A stretch of DNA of 56,460 nt, filler included, from Asterionella formosa (Eukaryota), in the NCBI GenBank assembly GCA_002256025.1. It is 6 parts of 6 records of this genome, joined end to end, with 100 filler letters (N's around TTAATTAATTAA, not from the genome) between each part and the next. Parts side by side here need not be neighbours in the genome. Positions count along the whole stretch, not along the records: positions 9,438 to 18,772 come from NKIB01010793.1; positions 18,873 to 28,202 come from NKIB01010794.1; 4 more parts are not named here. The stretch is one strand, 5' to 3'. A program made the position numbers and the translations under genes. The notes beneath the pieces are model-generated. The model made no database searches. It was not told the DNA's origin and worked only from the letters and a program-made list of their open reading frames with translations. Positions 12,501 through 24,892 of this stretch are shown here, piece by piece (position 1 is the stretch's first letter; every line of letters begins with the position of its first letter).

Positions 12501-14218
12501 TTACAGAGCTTTATATATATGTATTCATGGCTGAAACATTTGAAATCATGTTTTCATGTTCCTTGTCATGCACACACTTTGCTTGCTCCTGAAATGAAGG
12601 ATCATCACACATGATGACACGGAAAACAAAAGTGATAATACAACACAATTTCACTTGCGGCTTAGAAGGAGTGACTATGGAGAAGGGCAGGATTAATTTT
12701 AATGGTAAGTCAAGAGCAAATGCCTTTCATGTTCCCTGTCATGCATACACTTCCTGAAATGAAGAATCTCAAGCAACACATGATGCGAAAACCTGAAGTG
12801 ACAATACAACACAATGATACAGCATACGGCTAAGAAGGGGTGAATATGATGGAGAAGGGCGGAATCAACAAGCTGTACATAGTATCATGGCATGTCAAGC
12901 AAATCATGCCAGGATGATCAATTGTTGGGATTAAAAATACGGAATGACTCGTCCCCTTTCAGTGATTCATTAGCTCGTCCTTTTCGATTTGGTGGCCAAC
13001 CATCAATGCGGCAAAAAAAAATCGGTATGTGCTAGCAGCCATCTTTGGATTATTCCACAACTGTTAGAAGAACTGACACATATGTGTTCCTTTTTTCAGG
13101 ATAGCTAATGGTGGTAGACAAACAGTTTTTGTAAGTTACAAACAACAGCAGCATTGGATTCCATTTATTGATCGATATTTTTCTTATTCAATCTTCAACT
13201 GACACGCCCATTCTTTTACAGAAACATGCATCAGTTACTTTCTCAATTTGTGGTAAGTGAAGCAAGATAGAAGCGAAATGAATTTTGTTGTGTAAGCAAA
13301 ACATGAACAGCTAACAATGAATTGCTTCTCTTTGTTAGTATGGCTGATTGGAACAACGAAACGGATTCAATAGTAATAGGAAAATCCTTGAATGTAAACT
13401 CAGATCCGTCAGGAGTTTATGGAACAAAGCAGGGAAAAAGCGGCAAGGCAACCAGTACAACAACCTTCAGAATTGGATTGGGGGGGGGGGAAGGTGGAAG
13501 TGAAAAGTGAAACCAGCCGAAGTAGCTACCAATCATTGCAATGAGAGAATTGTAGAACATTCTGAAGCCACTCAAGATATAGAAGCATAAAACCATTCTT
13601 AAATATAGTTCTAAATTTCGATCAATTTCATCCTATTTTAGACAGTGTTATAGATGAGAATTACGATCATGCTAAGATAGATGCATGACAAAAGAATACA
13701 CATCATAGGGCCATGTTTAAGTAATTATATTATGCAATGGTATTATAACTATGATAGTATCATCATACTTCAAGCTTGGTAAAAGTTTACTGCATGATCA
13801 TAATTATATGATACATTGATCATATTTTTGATCCAAAAACTATCATACATGCAAAAATCCTGTGCCACTTAGCGTATGATACCCTTGATCCTATATTGAT
13901 GATATTTTTATTTGCAGACGCAGTCCTCGTGATAGATGAAAAATTTGCTCCGGTATGTTGTCTATGGAAACGTCATGTAGGCCTATGGTTGTTAAGGAAT
14001 TTTAAAATTTCCTTTCCTCACTTTTCTCTATAGTCGAATATTTTAACTTTTCATGACACCCCTCTGATGATGGAGGAACCGCTGAAGTTTGTGGTACTAT
14101 CATGGTGGCTTGCAAGCCGGTTTGTTGCAACAACTTGATAGGTCCATGATGGTTGCTCTTGCTAATGATGATAACAATACAGCTACTCTTGTGAATCCAG
14201 GAGCAGTAGATGAATTGA
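9571..14218. repeat. Degenerate long inverted repeat pair (~9571-9790 vs ~13790-14218)
   Basis: CGTCTGCAAATAAAAA (9697-9712) is the exact inverse of 13905-13920. 9571-9605 is a degenerate inverse of 14186-14218. Both arms are TGATCA-rich. Confidence 0.5.
12552..12868 (+). repeat. Diverged tandem duplication, period ~173 bp
   Basis: TTTCATGTTCC-TGTCATGCA-ACACTT...CCTGAAATGAAG...AATACAACACAAT...ATGGAGAAGGGC occurs at ~12552 and ~12725. Confidence 0.8.
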
Positions 14219-16462
14219 TTAACACTCAACCGTTTATATTGTTAATCCAATTTCTATGAACATGTAGAGAGAATATTTTTCCTTCCTAACGAATGGTGAC
14301 ATACGAAGATTGTTGGATACTAGCTATGGCTGAAAACTACATGGGACAGCAGGCACATTCTCTTCTAAAAGTGTATCAAACTTCAACTAACAACATCCTT
14401 CCCATACAGAAATCCCGAATCGCTCCAGTCCCTGAAAATGATGATGGATCAAAGATATACCAAAGACTCCAATGTCACGATTTTTTCCTCATCATGATGC
14501 ATTCTGTATGTCTTCGAAAGAATACAATTTCTGCATAGCTAAAAGTATCCGAAAATGCATTAACCGTCAGTCAGGGGAAATTGTTATTATTTGTTCGATG
14601 TTAATTTTCTAATCTCATGAAGAACAAGCAGTGGTTTGTTGATAGTCTGTTCATATGTCTATTTTAAAGTGCGAAATGAACCTAATCAAGATTCCATGGA
14701 AATCTGAACCATGACAATTAGTACCTACATGAAATTCACTAAAAAATTGAAGTAGAGGTATTTCTTGCATTTTGAGATGTTGTGCTCTCTCCGAGATTTT
14801 TATTGCTCAAGTGATGTCTTCTAATTGTAAAGAAGATAGAATTAATTATCAAAAAGAAGTTATCAAGCTAGTCACTGCGGGCTCAACAATGTCTCGCTTT
14901 TGTTCATTTCCTCAAAACTGAGCAAACAACGACCAAAATCAACTTCCAGCGGCTATTTCACAAATTTTTGTGGTCAATACTAGTGCCAAAAATTTATTAT
15001 TGAACAATTCACTCGTCTATGTAAGTCTACATAGACCTGGGACATAGGAAGAATTGCTCATTGTCAATATTAGTGGAGATATTCAGTCCAAAAAATTCGT
15101 CTTGGTCAAGATAGATTTGCTGTCTCATTGTCCCCATACCACAGGCAGCAGTACAAAAACTCATAGAAGTACTGGTAGAACTTAGTGGTATGGATGCCAA
15201 GCGTATATATAATATACACTGCTAGATATATGGAATGTATTAAGTATATACAAGAACATGTTATAGTGTACCCTCCATCAACTATACATTACTTAAAATC
15301 CATCACCTATAGATACCAATGTCACCATGATGTTTGTATGAGAATGTATTCTTGCATTGTTAATAAACAATTGTGTGTTCATGAACTCACTCCATGACTG
15401 TTGTTCACCGCTTACAGACTGTCAATTTGATGAGGGTTGGGCAGACAATTGGGGAGCATTGTAAGGAGCACAACAGAACCAAAATCATGGCTCATTCTGA
15501 AATGTTGCCCTCTTTCTACAGACAATCAATCTGAGCAATGAGAATGTGCAGCTGTTGCAGTTGCTATCTCATCTAATACACTAGTACAATTAGGTTGGTA
15601 CATGCTGTACCATAGGTCATGAGGGCTACAGAGTGTTTTACTACTGGTTCGCTGGTGGTGGCACCGAGGAAGGGGGAGGTCCTGTAATAGAGATACCCAG
15701 TATTTCGCTTAATTTTTCTTTAGTACCAAACGTGTTTCATCGGACCTTCCAGGTCACGAGGTTTCCCCTTCGACGAATCTTCAAAGCATCAGCCATGATG
15801 CGTGCATTTTAACAAAAATTAAGATAGGTTCGGAGCAGTTTTGTAGTATCACGAGGTCTAGCAATGACTCAAATTTTCAATGGTGCTATGAATCGTGGCT
15901 GATTGGACCTGGTAACTAGTACCAGGTAACAACACACAGGCTGGTTGCAGAGCTCACAGCATCCACCTATACATATGACGACCGGTACCTTGTACCAGTA
16001 CCTGATTTATTTTCCGCAAGTTACACCAGTTTGTATGACTGGAAATGACCGACATGTTAAGAAAATACCACCACGTCGGACATAAATTAATATACAGGTA
16101 TATATAAGTGAAGCAATCATACTTATAACTCACGAAAATATTCTTTCGTGACTTATTGCCCGAATCGTTGAAACGCCCGCGTCGCTCACTGTATGTATAC
16201 AGTGCAATAGTACGAGGAGGGACATGAATATTTCGACAACGAGATGCGGAGCAGAGGACGAGGGCAAATTAGTGTGTTGTGAATTTGCCATATTGAATTT
16301 GTTATAGTAACACCGTGTTTACCGGTCTTCCTTGTTTATCACCCCCTCCTACTCCCTTTCGTTCCATCAGGCAATAATTGAGCGTTGATTCTCATTCAAA
16401 GAATCTCAAGCTTCTAAAAAAGCAGCCACGCTACATCGAAGTACTCAAAAACGAGAGAAACA

Positions 16463-17849
16463 ATGCGGAGGCATCGATTTTGGAACTCCCCTGACGATGC
16501 CGACGCTGCCGCCGGTTCCTCCAAAGAGCCGACATTGTACTCGAGTCGCATTCGGTCCTCCGAGTCTCTCTTCGAAGATATTGAACCAGTTCTAGTCTTG
16601 GGCGCGGATATCTCTCACTTATCCAGAAATGCCCAATTTTTTCTCTGTGCTTCTGGAGTCTTTGGCTTTTCACTCTTCTATGGTTTATTGCAAGAGCTCA
16701 TCGCAGTCAAGCTCTGCAATCGAAAGCTGGGATTATTCTTGGCGATGGCGCAATTTTCTGGCTACACGATATGGTCCTACTTGCTTCGAACCTACGTGTA
16801 TCAAAGGCATGCCAAGCAACTGCCGTCGCAGCGCCAACCATTAATGGTCCCACTCTACCTCTATCTTGGATTAAGTCTACTGCGAGCGGTTGATTTGGGA
16901 ATGACGAACTTGGCAATGCAGTACGTTAATTACCCAGCCAAGACACTGATGAAGAGTTCACGCGTGGTATTTACCATGCTATTTGGCGTGCTGATTGCGA
17001 GAAAGCGATACCGCCTGTGGGATTATGTCGTGGTTCTTCTGATGGTCAGTGGCTTGGCGATATTCATGCACGCTGATGCGAATAGCAGTGCGATATTCCA
17101 TTCCTTGGGAATTATAATGTTGGTAAGTGCCATTTTGGTGGCGCGTGTGGTTGATTATTTCCTTTCGCCTTTGTTCTCTAACTCGTTGTGAACTGAATCC
17201 GCAGACTGTTTCGCTGGTGTGCGATGGAGCCATTTCCAATATGTCAGAATCCATCATGTTTCAATTCGGCGTTGGACAGGACGAGTTTATCTTTCGTATG
17301 TACTCGATTGCCCTCGTTGTAATTGCAGCAGCGGCGGGTGCGAATGGTGACCTATGGGAAGGCATTAATTTTCTCAGTCAACCTGGGACTTATGCCGAAC
17401 TAGATTTGCCCCTGGACGAGCGAACTTGGTCTGTGGCTGGCAAGTGGACTGTCATGATTTTGTTTTCTACAATGGGTTTTTTTGGTTCCAGTTGTTCGGC
17501 AGCGATTACCAAACACTTTGGTGCCTTGGCGATGAGTATCACATCAACAGCACGAAAAGCATTTTCCTTATTTCTCTCCTTTTTGATTTTCAACAACGAG
17601 TGCACTGTGGAGCATATTTGTGGGATTGCCGTGTTTCTGACTGCTTTGATATTCAAGTCCTATAAAACTTCGAAAGCACCAAATAGGCGGCCCATGCGAC
17701 CGCCAAACAGTATCGGTAGTGATGTGGGCCTGGAACTGGGTGGGGAATCTATGCCCCCGAAGGCAAACAATGAAGTCATTCCTTCTGCAATACACCTTCC
17801 CACCAGTCCTAAACAAAGTCATTCAACGAAGAATTTTTATGTCGTGTAA
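16463..17849 (+). CDS. UAA-family (SLC35B3/PAPST2-like) nucleotide-sugar or PAPS transporter; exons 16463-17122 and 17205-17849
   Basis: Multi-pass TM protein with QYVNYPAKTLMKSSR and FGALAMSITSTARKA motifs. Intron GTAAGT...GCAG. The true start may lie upstream. Confidence 0.85.
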
Positions 17850-18616
17850 ATTTTGTAAAACAACTTCAAGGCCATGGAGAACTTCAACAGGTCAAATGAT
17901 AACAAAGCTAAGTGGGTAAATGGGAACAGTTCCTATGCACACGTACACTAACAGGAAGTAGCAAACGTAAAAAACGTATGTACCGGTAGCACAATTTTTT
18001 TGTTGACTAAAGGTTGTATATGAATGAAGTCACTGAGGTTTTATTCCTTGCCCTTGTTATGGAGTACCTTTTCGTAGTCGCCTTTCATTTGTTCATTCAT
18101 TTTTTTAGTACGCGTATACCGGTACTTTCAGTAAGAATTATTCGGGTTTTCGGAGTTCATGATGTACATCTAAAAAAGATTTAAAAAAATATATAGGCAT
18201 GTATGTCGTATGTACACCAACACAGCAAAACCAGAACTCGTGTTCAGGTTCCCTTTCCTTTACTAACAATTATCATGTATGTAGAATACCGTACACCTCA
18301 TTTATGGGAACCCTATTGACAAATCAAAACGGGAATGCCAAAGGCATAAACGGTACTCAGAGTTAAAAGAAAGAGCTACATAACCATATATTACTGGTAA
18401 TTTAAAGACCATAAACCAGTTGACCATAGCAGGTATGCCGGTAAACATACACGCACGTGCTACAAGCTAAGCAGCATGGAAACAGAGGACAATATCCAGG
18501 GAGCTCGAGGAAAAGGGCATTTCAATTTATTTATTTATTTATTTAGCGGCTGAAATGAAATGAGCACTCAAAATCTGGTGAATAATTTTGTTCTTTAAAT
18601 TAAATTAGCTGTAAGT

Positions 18617-18772
18617 GGGCGCAGTCTGACATTAAAAAATTATTCTAACATAAGTAATATAGCACAAATCGTTGTACCCATAACCCCAAAATTTGTGTTT
18701 GTGTTGACCAAATTTTTTACAGTTATAAATAACAGTGCATTATGTAAGAAGATGCACAGGCATGAATGACTA
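18617..18772. mobile_element. Terminus of a Harbinger-group (PHIS) DNA transposon, cut by the contig end
   Basis: Reverse complement matches 48090-48278. Similarity ends at GGGCGCAGTCTGA / GGGCGCGCTCTGA. Confidence 0.65.
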
Positions 18773-18872
18773 NNNNNNNNNNNNNNNNNNNNNNNNNNNN
18801 NNNNNNNNNNNNNNNNTTAATTAATTAANNNNNNNNNNNNNNNNNNNNNNNNNNNNNNNNNNNNNNNNNNNN
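18773..18872. other. Artificial contig linker
   Basis: N44-TTAATTAATTAA-N44. Confidence 0.99.
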
Positions 18873-19106
18873 TGAAGGGATATGAACAGATCCCGGGAGT
18901 TGATTTTAATGAGACATTCGCTCCTGTTGCAAGTGATGCTACAATTAAGACCGTACCGGCTTTTACTTTGTACTGCGGTTGGATAGCGGAAGCAATCGAC
19001 GTTGAAGCAGCGTTTTTAAATGCTGACGTCGACGAAGACATTTATATTGAGCCCCAGAAGGATTGACAGGGATGGATCAGAATATACATATCTGCAAACT
19101 AATTAA

Positions 19107-20338
19107 GGTTGCTGCATTTGAACCCCTAGGCAAAAATTAAATTATTGCTTAGGGTTGCGAAAATTCCCTGGAATTAAGAATTTAATTAGCTATTTTTGAA
19201 TGACGTGATTCCATTTGAAATATTTGAATCAGTGGAAATTTGCGAATACGTACATAGATTCCTTGTCAAAATCGCTAAATATATATATAAACACTCTTAG
19301 TCGCTGAATGTATATTTATGCTAAAAATACGATCTACATGTATGCATGGACACTCTATACTCCCATTAACGATTTTATATGCTATTCATTGAATCCGTTC
19401 GACATATTCAAATCGTTTAATATATATATATAAATTTAGATTCTACATCGCTTCATGTGCATACACCAGTACTGCAATCTATACTCCGATCGACGACTAT
19501 GGGTCATGTATACGACCCGGCGGCTCGGCAAATATTTGAAAGTGCACTCAAGGAGCGTTACGCGTATGTCCAATGATGATCGTCTACTGGTACCTGGTAC
19601 CCTGGTACCCGTCGAGAATATAGAACCGGACTGTCAGTACACCGAAGAAAATATTACATGTTTATACAATGTGGCCGGCGTGGGTTTGCAAGACCTCGCA
19701 AACCAGGCCAATCAAACAGAGGAATGCAATTCACGTTCACCAATCATATTATATATGTGGAAGCGGGTACTTACAATGTAATTTTTTGGACAGCAGATTT
19801 TAGGACTAAAAATTCCGGCACACGACTACCATTCCGATGATGACGTTTCGACACATAATAATTCTGATTCCGATATTTTGGCGACCGTAGAAAAGGCCGA
19901 TTTTGTCGAGTTTTTGGACGACGATAGCGAATTGTTGGCTGGGTCTGACGGCGCTTTAGATACATCGGTAACTTTCAAATAGCATCAGTATATAACTTCT
20001 GGCGAGAAACTGCAGAAAGGAACTTTTTTTTTACTACCGGTATGCCAAATAAACAGATTTCCCCCGAAATTTCGAGTCTTTTTAGCATAGTTAAAAAACC
20101 GATGTTCCTTTCTGCAGTTTCTGACCAGATCCTATATACTGACGATATATAGAGTGAACCTACATCCCTACTTTGTCCGAAGACTGTATGTAAGCATATG
20201 GAAAGGGTGTGTATTCGTGAAAGCTCCGTTGAGCGTTATACATATTTGATTTATATGTGGGGAGTATGTGATTGATTAGTCTGACTCAATATTATTTTGT
20301 TAACCCTACCTCGAGCTAGGGGTTCAAATGCAGCAACC
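19107..20338. mobile_element. Non-autonomous TIR DNA transposon (1232 bp), TTAA target duplication, Kolobok-like termini
   Basis: Perfect 23-bp TIRs GGTTGCTGCATTTGAACCCCTAG (19107-19129 and 20316-20338), TTAA on both sides. The empty site AATTAAGGCTATG is present in copia copy 1 (~677-689). No transposase ORF. Confidence 0.95.
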
Positions 20339-21496
20339 TTAAGGCTATGCATGGAATTGTACAAGCTCCAAGATACTGGTCCAAGACATTTGCAAAGTGC
20401 GTCACCAGCAAGACAGGTATAACGAAAAGCGAAATAGACCCAATGTTGTTTATCTACCGTAACAACGATGGAAAAATTGAAGGGCTCTTGGCAAACTACG
20501 TGGATAATGGAATTATATGTGGTACCAGGAATGCAGTCGACTACATGAAAAATATGATCAAGGAGGATTTTAATATCACGGAACAAGGTTCCCTACGAAA
20601 ACACTAAGATGTGGAATATATGCGCAAGCATAACAAATTTGGAGAATACTGGCAAGTACAGCTGAAGAAATTTCGTACTGAAATGCTACTGGAATATGAG
20701 ATGCTTACCGGTAAGAAGATAAAGTCTTATGTGACACCAGGAGCACCAGGAGAAACATTAGGAGTCGTCAATAATGGAGAAACTATTATGGAGGCGGAAT
20801 ATCGCAAGATTGTTGGGAAATTATTATGATCTACTAAGAAAGAATCCCCGGACTGCGCCAATGCAGTACGTGAATTATCTTCGTATTTAAGCTGTCCAGG
20901 CGAAGAACACTGGGATGGAGTTTCACGAGTTATTGGATTCTTAACAAGCGAATTGGACAGAGTTCTCAAGATTCGAAAACCTAAAGAATTACGGGTTATT
21001 GCTTATGTTGATAGTGACTGGGCTGCTAATAAGGTAAGCCGGAAAAGTACTACAGGTTTTCTGGTTACCATTGGTGGTGCGTTGATCAGTTGGCAATCAA
21101 AGGGCCAGTCATCCCTTATGCTGTCAAGCACAGAAGCAGAATACGTTGCGATGTCGCAATGTGCTCAAGAGATTAAATTTATTGCAATGTTACTCAACAA
21201 AGTGACAGGTGGTAAAAATATCCTACCAAGCATTTACGTGAAGATAATACAGGTGCAATATTCACAGCGAAGAATCAACAACTTGGAACAAGAACAAAAC
21301 ACATTGATATTAAGTTTCATCATGTCAAGAACATGATACTAGATGAGGGTGAGTTGCATATTGTTTTTCTAAGATCAGGATTCAATCCTGCAGACATTTT
21401 GACGAAGAATGTCAAAGAGCAGATTTTTACAAGGTTATCTGGACCTGTACTGAATGGCACAATTTTAGAACTTCTTGAACATGGTAACGAGGCGGA

Positions 21497-21877
21497 TGTC
21501 AAGAATATAGCATCAATGGCTACAATTAGTCACAAGGACTGTGGACTCGACTATAGTCCAATGAGTCAAATTGTGCGTTCCCATGTCAAGAAGCTTGCTA
21601 ATGAGATTGATGTCTTAGATCAATCAGAAGAAGGTTTACATCAACGAAAAGGGAACACGAAGAACAGGTTCTCGAAGTGTGATGAATGGGATTGAAACTT
21701 AGTTTTAGTTTAAGCTTATAATTAAGAAACAGTGAGAATTGACAGAGTAAGGTCAATAGCGAAAACTAGCACGAAGGCAAGCAGCAGAAAGAAGATAACA
21801 ATAGTACTAGTGATATAACAGGAAGTCCTACGTAAGAGGAACCTGTCAGACGGGAAGGAATACGAGACCTTTCAACA
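21497..21877 (+). repeat. 3' LTR of copia element, copy 2 (381 bp)
   Basis: TGTCAAGA...CTTTCAACA, near-identical to 1136-1514. Confidence 0.9.
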
Positions 21878-22836
21878 GTGATTCAGCGCCAATGATTTCT
21901 GCACAACCGGTACTCCTTTTCTCCTGGAACGGCAACCCCGACAACTCCAGCTGCAGCGACAATTACTTCTGCACCTACTAGGTACAACAACAGCTAAAGT
22001 AACTCTTTACTCTTTTACAAGCTCACGTGTACCTCCTTCAAATCCAGTGATAGAAGTTTCTATACTTTCTTCTGCACCATCACGATTTGGTGCACTCACA
22101 CTTTGTATGGCTATTCTAGTTCATGTGGCGCTGGCTACAATCGTGGCAAGTGTTCAATTCCAAAAGCTGAGTCTGGTGTGAGAGCTAGTACCTGGTACCC
22201 GTATGTAATTTGCAGGTGAACAAAGTGATGAGGTTGTTCAAATTTTCGCCTCAGAGTAAACAGAATGAACTGCCAGTGAAACCATAAAACACAGAGTTGA
22301 ATGGGATTTACCTCGTATAGTGGAGCCCATTAGAACTGCTAGTCTTTGAGTGAGAACTAGCTCATGTAGTGGACAGGGTAGGATTAGCTAATGTGCCAAC
22401 TGACCAACAATGAGTAATACTAGTGTTTGAAGTACAAGCTAACTAGAATCAAAATTGACATTGGAATTGAACCACTATTACCTGCATACTAGAATATCAC
22501 AGCGACAACAATATCACTGGAGAATTCTGGGCGATGAAAGAAGGATAATGAGCTATACTGTATCTTCTCAACATTGGTTGCATTTTATTTTAAGTGTTGA
22601 ATGAGCACCATTGTTTTGATGCCCTGGATAGTAATATGTACCATGATGCCATTTCTATTCTCGTCGACAAGACATGTATGCTACCCTCTATTTCAGGTTG
22701 CTAAATTTCCGTATCTACGGTCTTGAAGGGTACAAATCTACTCTAGGGAAGCTGTAGAGGACCTAACTTTTGCATCAATACAACCAAGATATTGATAAGC
22801 TTCCCTGCTCCGTATTGGTGTGTATATTGCAAAAAT

Positions 22837-24336
22837 CTACACATGCCGTTTACCGAATTCAATTGGGGTTGAATATAATTCCTCTGCATGAATCATTCTG
22901 CGAAACGCTTCTTGCAGTTGTTTCATTTTATCGGCATAAAATTCTCGTTGCTCTTGCAAGTCTTCCAAGGCTTGAGCACGTTGACGTTCTGACACTTCCA
23001 ACGCATATGCCAGCTGCTGCAGTTCCTCATTTGTCGTTGCATTCGTCTCGGCATTAGAATGAGTTGCTGCAGGTATTCCTGGTGTCTTATTGATGCTGTT
23101 ATTGCGTTGAGATGATGATGAAAGCAAATATTCCATTCGTGCCTGATCGGCAGTCTTGTGCAATGCATGATCATGTTGCATGGCTTCCACTTGATCTTGG
23201 AGTTGTTGAATCAATTGATCCTTTTCGTAAGAATCTTGCTGTAATCGTAGAACTTGCTGCTCCAAATTATGGAGGAGGGTTCCAGCAATGTGAGAATCAC
23301 GTTCTGCTGAATGAAAATGTTCCGGCTCGGAGTTGGGATCACGCTCATGTGATGTCTTCAATTCGACTTGTAGATCATACGTGAGTTCAATATTTTCTAA
23401 ATCTGTCAGTTCATTCAAACAAATACAATCAGATGACTGTAGAAGTCCTTCGTCTAATATACTTTCCGACAAGATAGTAGAGGAATCGTTTTGTTGGTGA
23501 AATTGTGGTTTTCGAGCATTGCCGGAATTATCTTCCTCGTCCAGTACATATTTTCCGGTAATATCTTCAACAGTGGGAGCACTAAATGTTTCAGGCAACG
23601 CAAGTTCAGGAGGTGTGGATTCCATGCTTTTGGAAAGACCTTCCTCCTCCTCCATCAGAAAACGACTATATTCTTCGCTGAGATAATGAAACAAATCACA
23701 TTCTGCCCCCAGTTCCTGTTCTACCGTTTCAATCCAATCTCTAATCTGCCCAGTGTGACGGAAACGTTCTCGAATATGGTCTTTCAAAAATTCCTGAACT
23801 CCCTCCGCCTCCCAGGGGATCAAGTGAGCATAGCAAGGTGCCTCCAGTGTGGGTGGAATTTCCTTCAGCAAGGCCGTGCATCCCATGGGAAAATAGGACA
23901 GCACAATGTCCAGTCCCTGCAGGTCGCTGATTCGGGCCATGGCAATGGCCAAGTCTTGCGGTGCGGTGGGAAGAAAGGCGGTGTAGTACACAACGGGAAG
24001 GACAGGGCGGCGCAAGTACGTGCAAAGGTCGTAGTAGCATCGCCAGCGAAGCTCGTGCTCCTGTAGGGACAGTTTAGTTGCTTCCTCCGTCGCTACGAGA
24101 GTGAGGAAGCGGTGAATGGAAGGGCCGGAATCGCCGCAGTAGTCGCAGTGCGCGGCGTGCATCTGGAGGAAGATCCATTCGGTCCATGAGCCGTCGCCTG
24201 GAGAGAAGCTGGGGCGGCCGAGGAGCTGGAGCGCTTGATGGTAGTCGGCGCGGGCAACGCATGCTTGGAGCTCCTCAGGAGAAGTGGATGGTTGCCAGTC
24301 GTCTATGGAGGATGATTCGTCGAATGCTGCTGTCAT
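22837..24336 (-). CDS. Hypothetical protein with an NBAS/Sec39-like N-terminal motif, acidic linker and C-terminal coiled coil
   Basis: Long uninterrupted ORF, ATG at 24336. AIAMARISDLQGLDIVLSYFP...LLKEIPPTLEAPCYAHLIP resembles the IPET-P-Y-LLP motif I recall from NBAS/MIP2. Q/E/L heptads at the C-terminus. The family call is tentative. Confidence 0.6.
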   Translation of the reverse strand: MTAAFDESSSIDDWQPSTSPEELQACVARADYHQALQLLGRPSFSPGDGSWTEWIFLQMHAAHCDYCGDSGPSIHRFLTLVATEEATKLSLQEHELRWRCYYDLCTYLRRPVLPVVYYTAFLPTAPQDLAIAMARISDLQGLDIVLSYFPMGCTALLKEIPPTLEAPCYAHLIPWEAEGVQEFLKDHIRERFRHTGQIRDWIETVEQELGAECDLFHYLSEEYSRFLMEEEEGLSKSMESTPPELALPETFSAPTVEDITGKYVLDEEDNSGNARKPQFHQQNDSSTILSESILDEGLLQSSDCICLNELTDLENIELTYDLQVELKTSHERDPNSEPEHFHSAERDSHIAGTLLHNLEQQVLRLQQDSYEKDQLIQQLQDQVEAMQHDHALHKTADQARMEYLLSSSSQRNNSINKTPGIPAATHSNAETNATTNEELQQLAYALEVSERQRAQALEDLQEQREFYADKMKQLQEAFRRMIHAEELYSTPIEFGKRHV

Positions 24337-24892
24337 TGTCAATTATGGGTGCGCCCGCCTGAGGAAATTACAGAAACAGTTGTGCGGAGGACGTACCAGT
24401 AGGATCATGAAAAACTTTTTATGTACCCATACCCCCTAAACCTGTGTTACAATGCATCCTCCAAGGTGTGTTCTTTGTACTTCCATCGTCCACTGTTATG
24501 TTGTAACATGTCTTCATCTTCCACTACTCAAAGCAAAGAGACCAGCCAGAGAAGAATTTCAGGACTCACCTAGCTAGCATCTACACTTTCTTTTTTGTCT
24601 GTTGTATTAACATACAATTGCTCTGGGAATCAAACACACAACTTAAGATCCAAGGCAACATGCTTAGCCAATTAAAGCTGTTGTCTTTAGACATAAGCAC
24701 ACAACATCCAACAGCTATTTTTTTGTTTGATGTGTGTACAGAATGCTACAAATTTGAACGTCACTATAATGATTTTGGCTGGAGCCTTTGCTTTATTACA
24801 AGTGTTCTAAATATTTCCAAGCATGCAAAGACAACCTTGCTTTACTTAGTATTGTGTTGGACCTTTGCCTATCCCAAACAAAGTGATTTACA

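Larger units (their letters stand above)
18873..21877 (+). mobile_element. Ty1/copia element copy 2; pseudogenised RT-RNase H interrupted by a nested TIR element
   Basis: Near-identical to copy 1 where they overlap. Retains YVDSDWAANKVSRKSTTG and LSSTEAEYVAM. In-frame stops at ~20605 and ~20827, frameshifts near 19053 and ~21235. Confidence 0.95.

Noticed and set aside
9917..15397. Many short ORFs of 60-85 aa
   Set aside because: AT-rich repeat-derived sequence, no recognisable motifs, many non-ATG starts.
19455..19965. ORFs inside the TTAA element as a transposase
   Set aside because: Short, no DDE or DNA-binding motifs, and partly made of GGTACC repeats.
1136..21877. The two LTRs as the ends of one 20-kb element
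   Set aside because: Both follow RNase H and a PPT, so both are 3' LTRs, and they are on different contigs.
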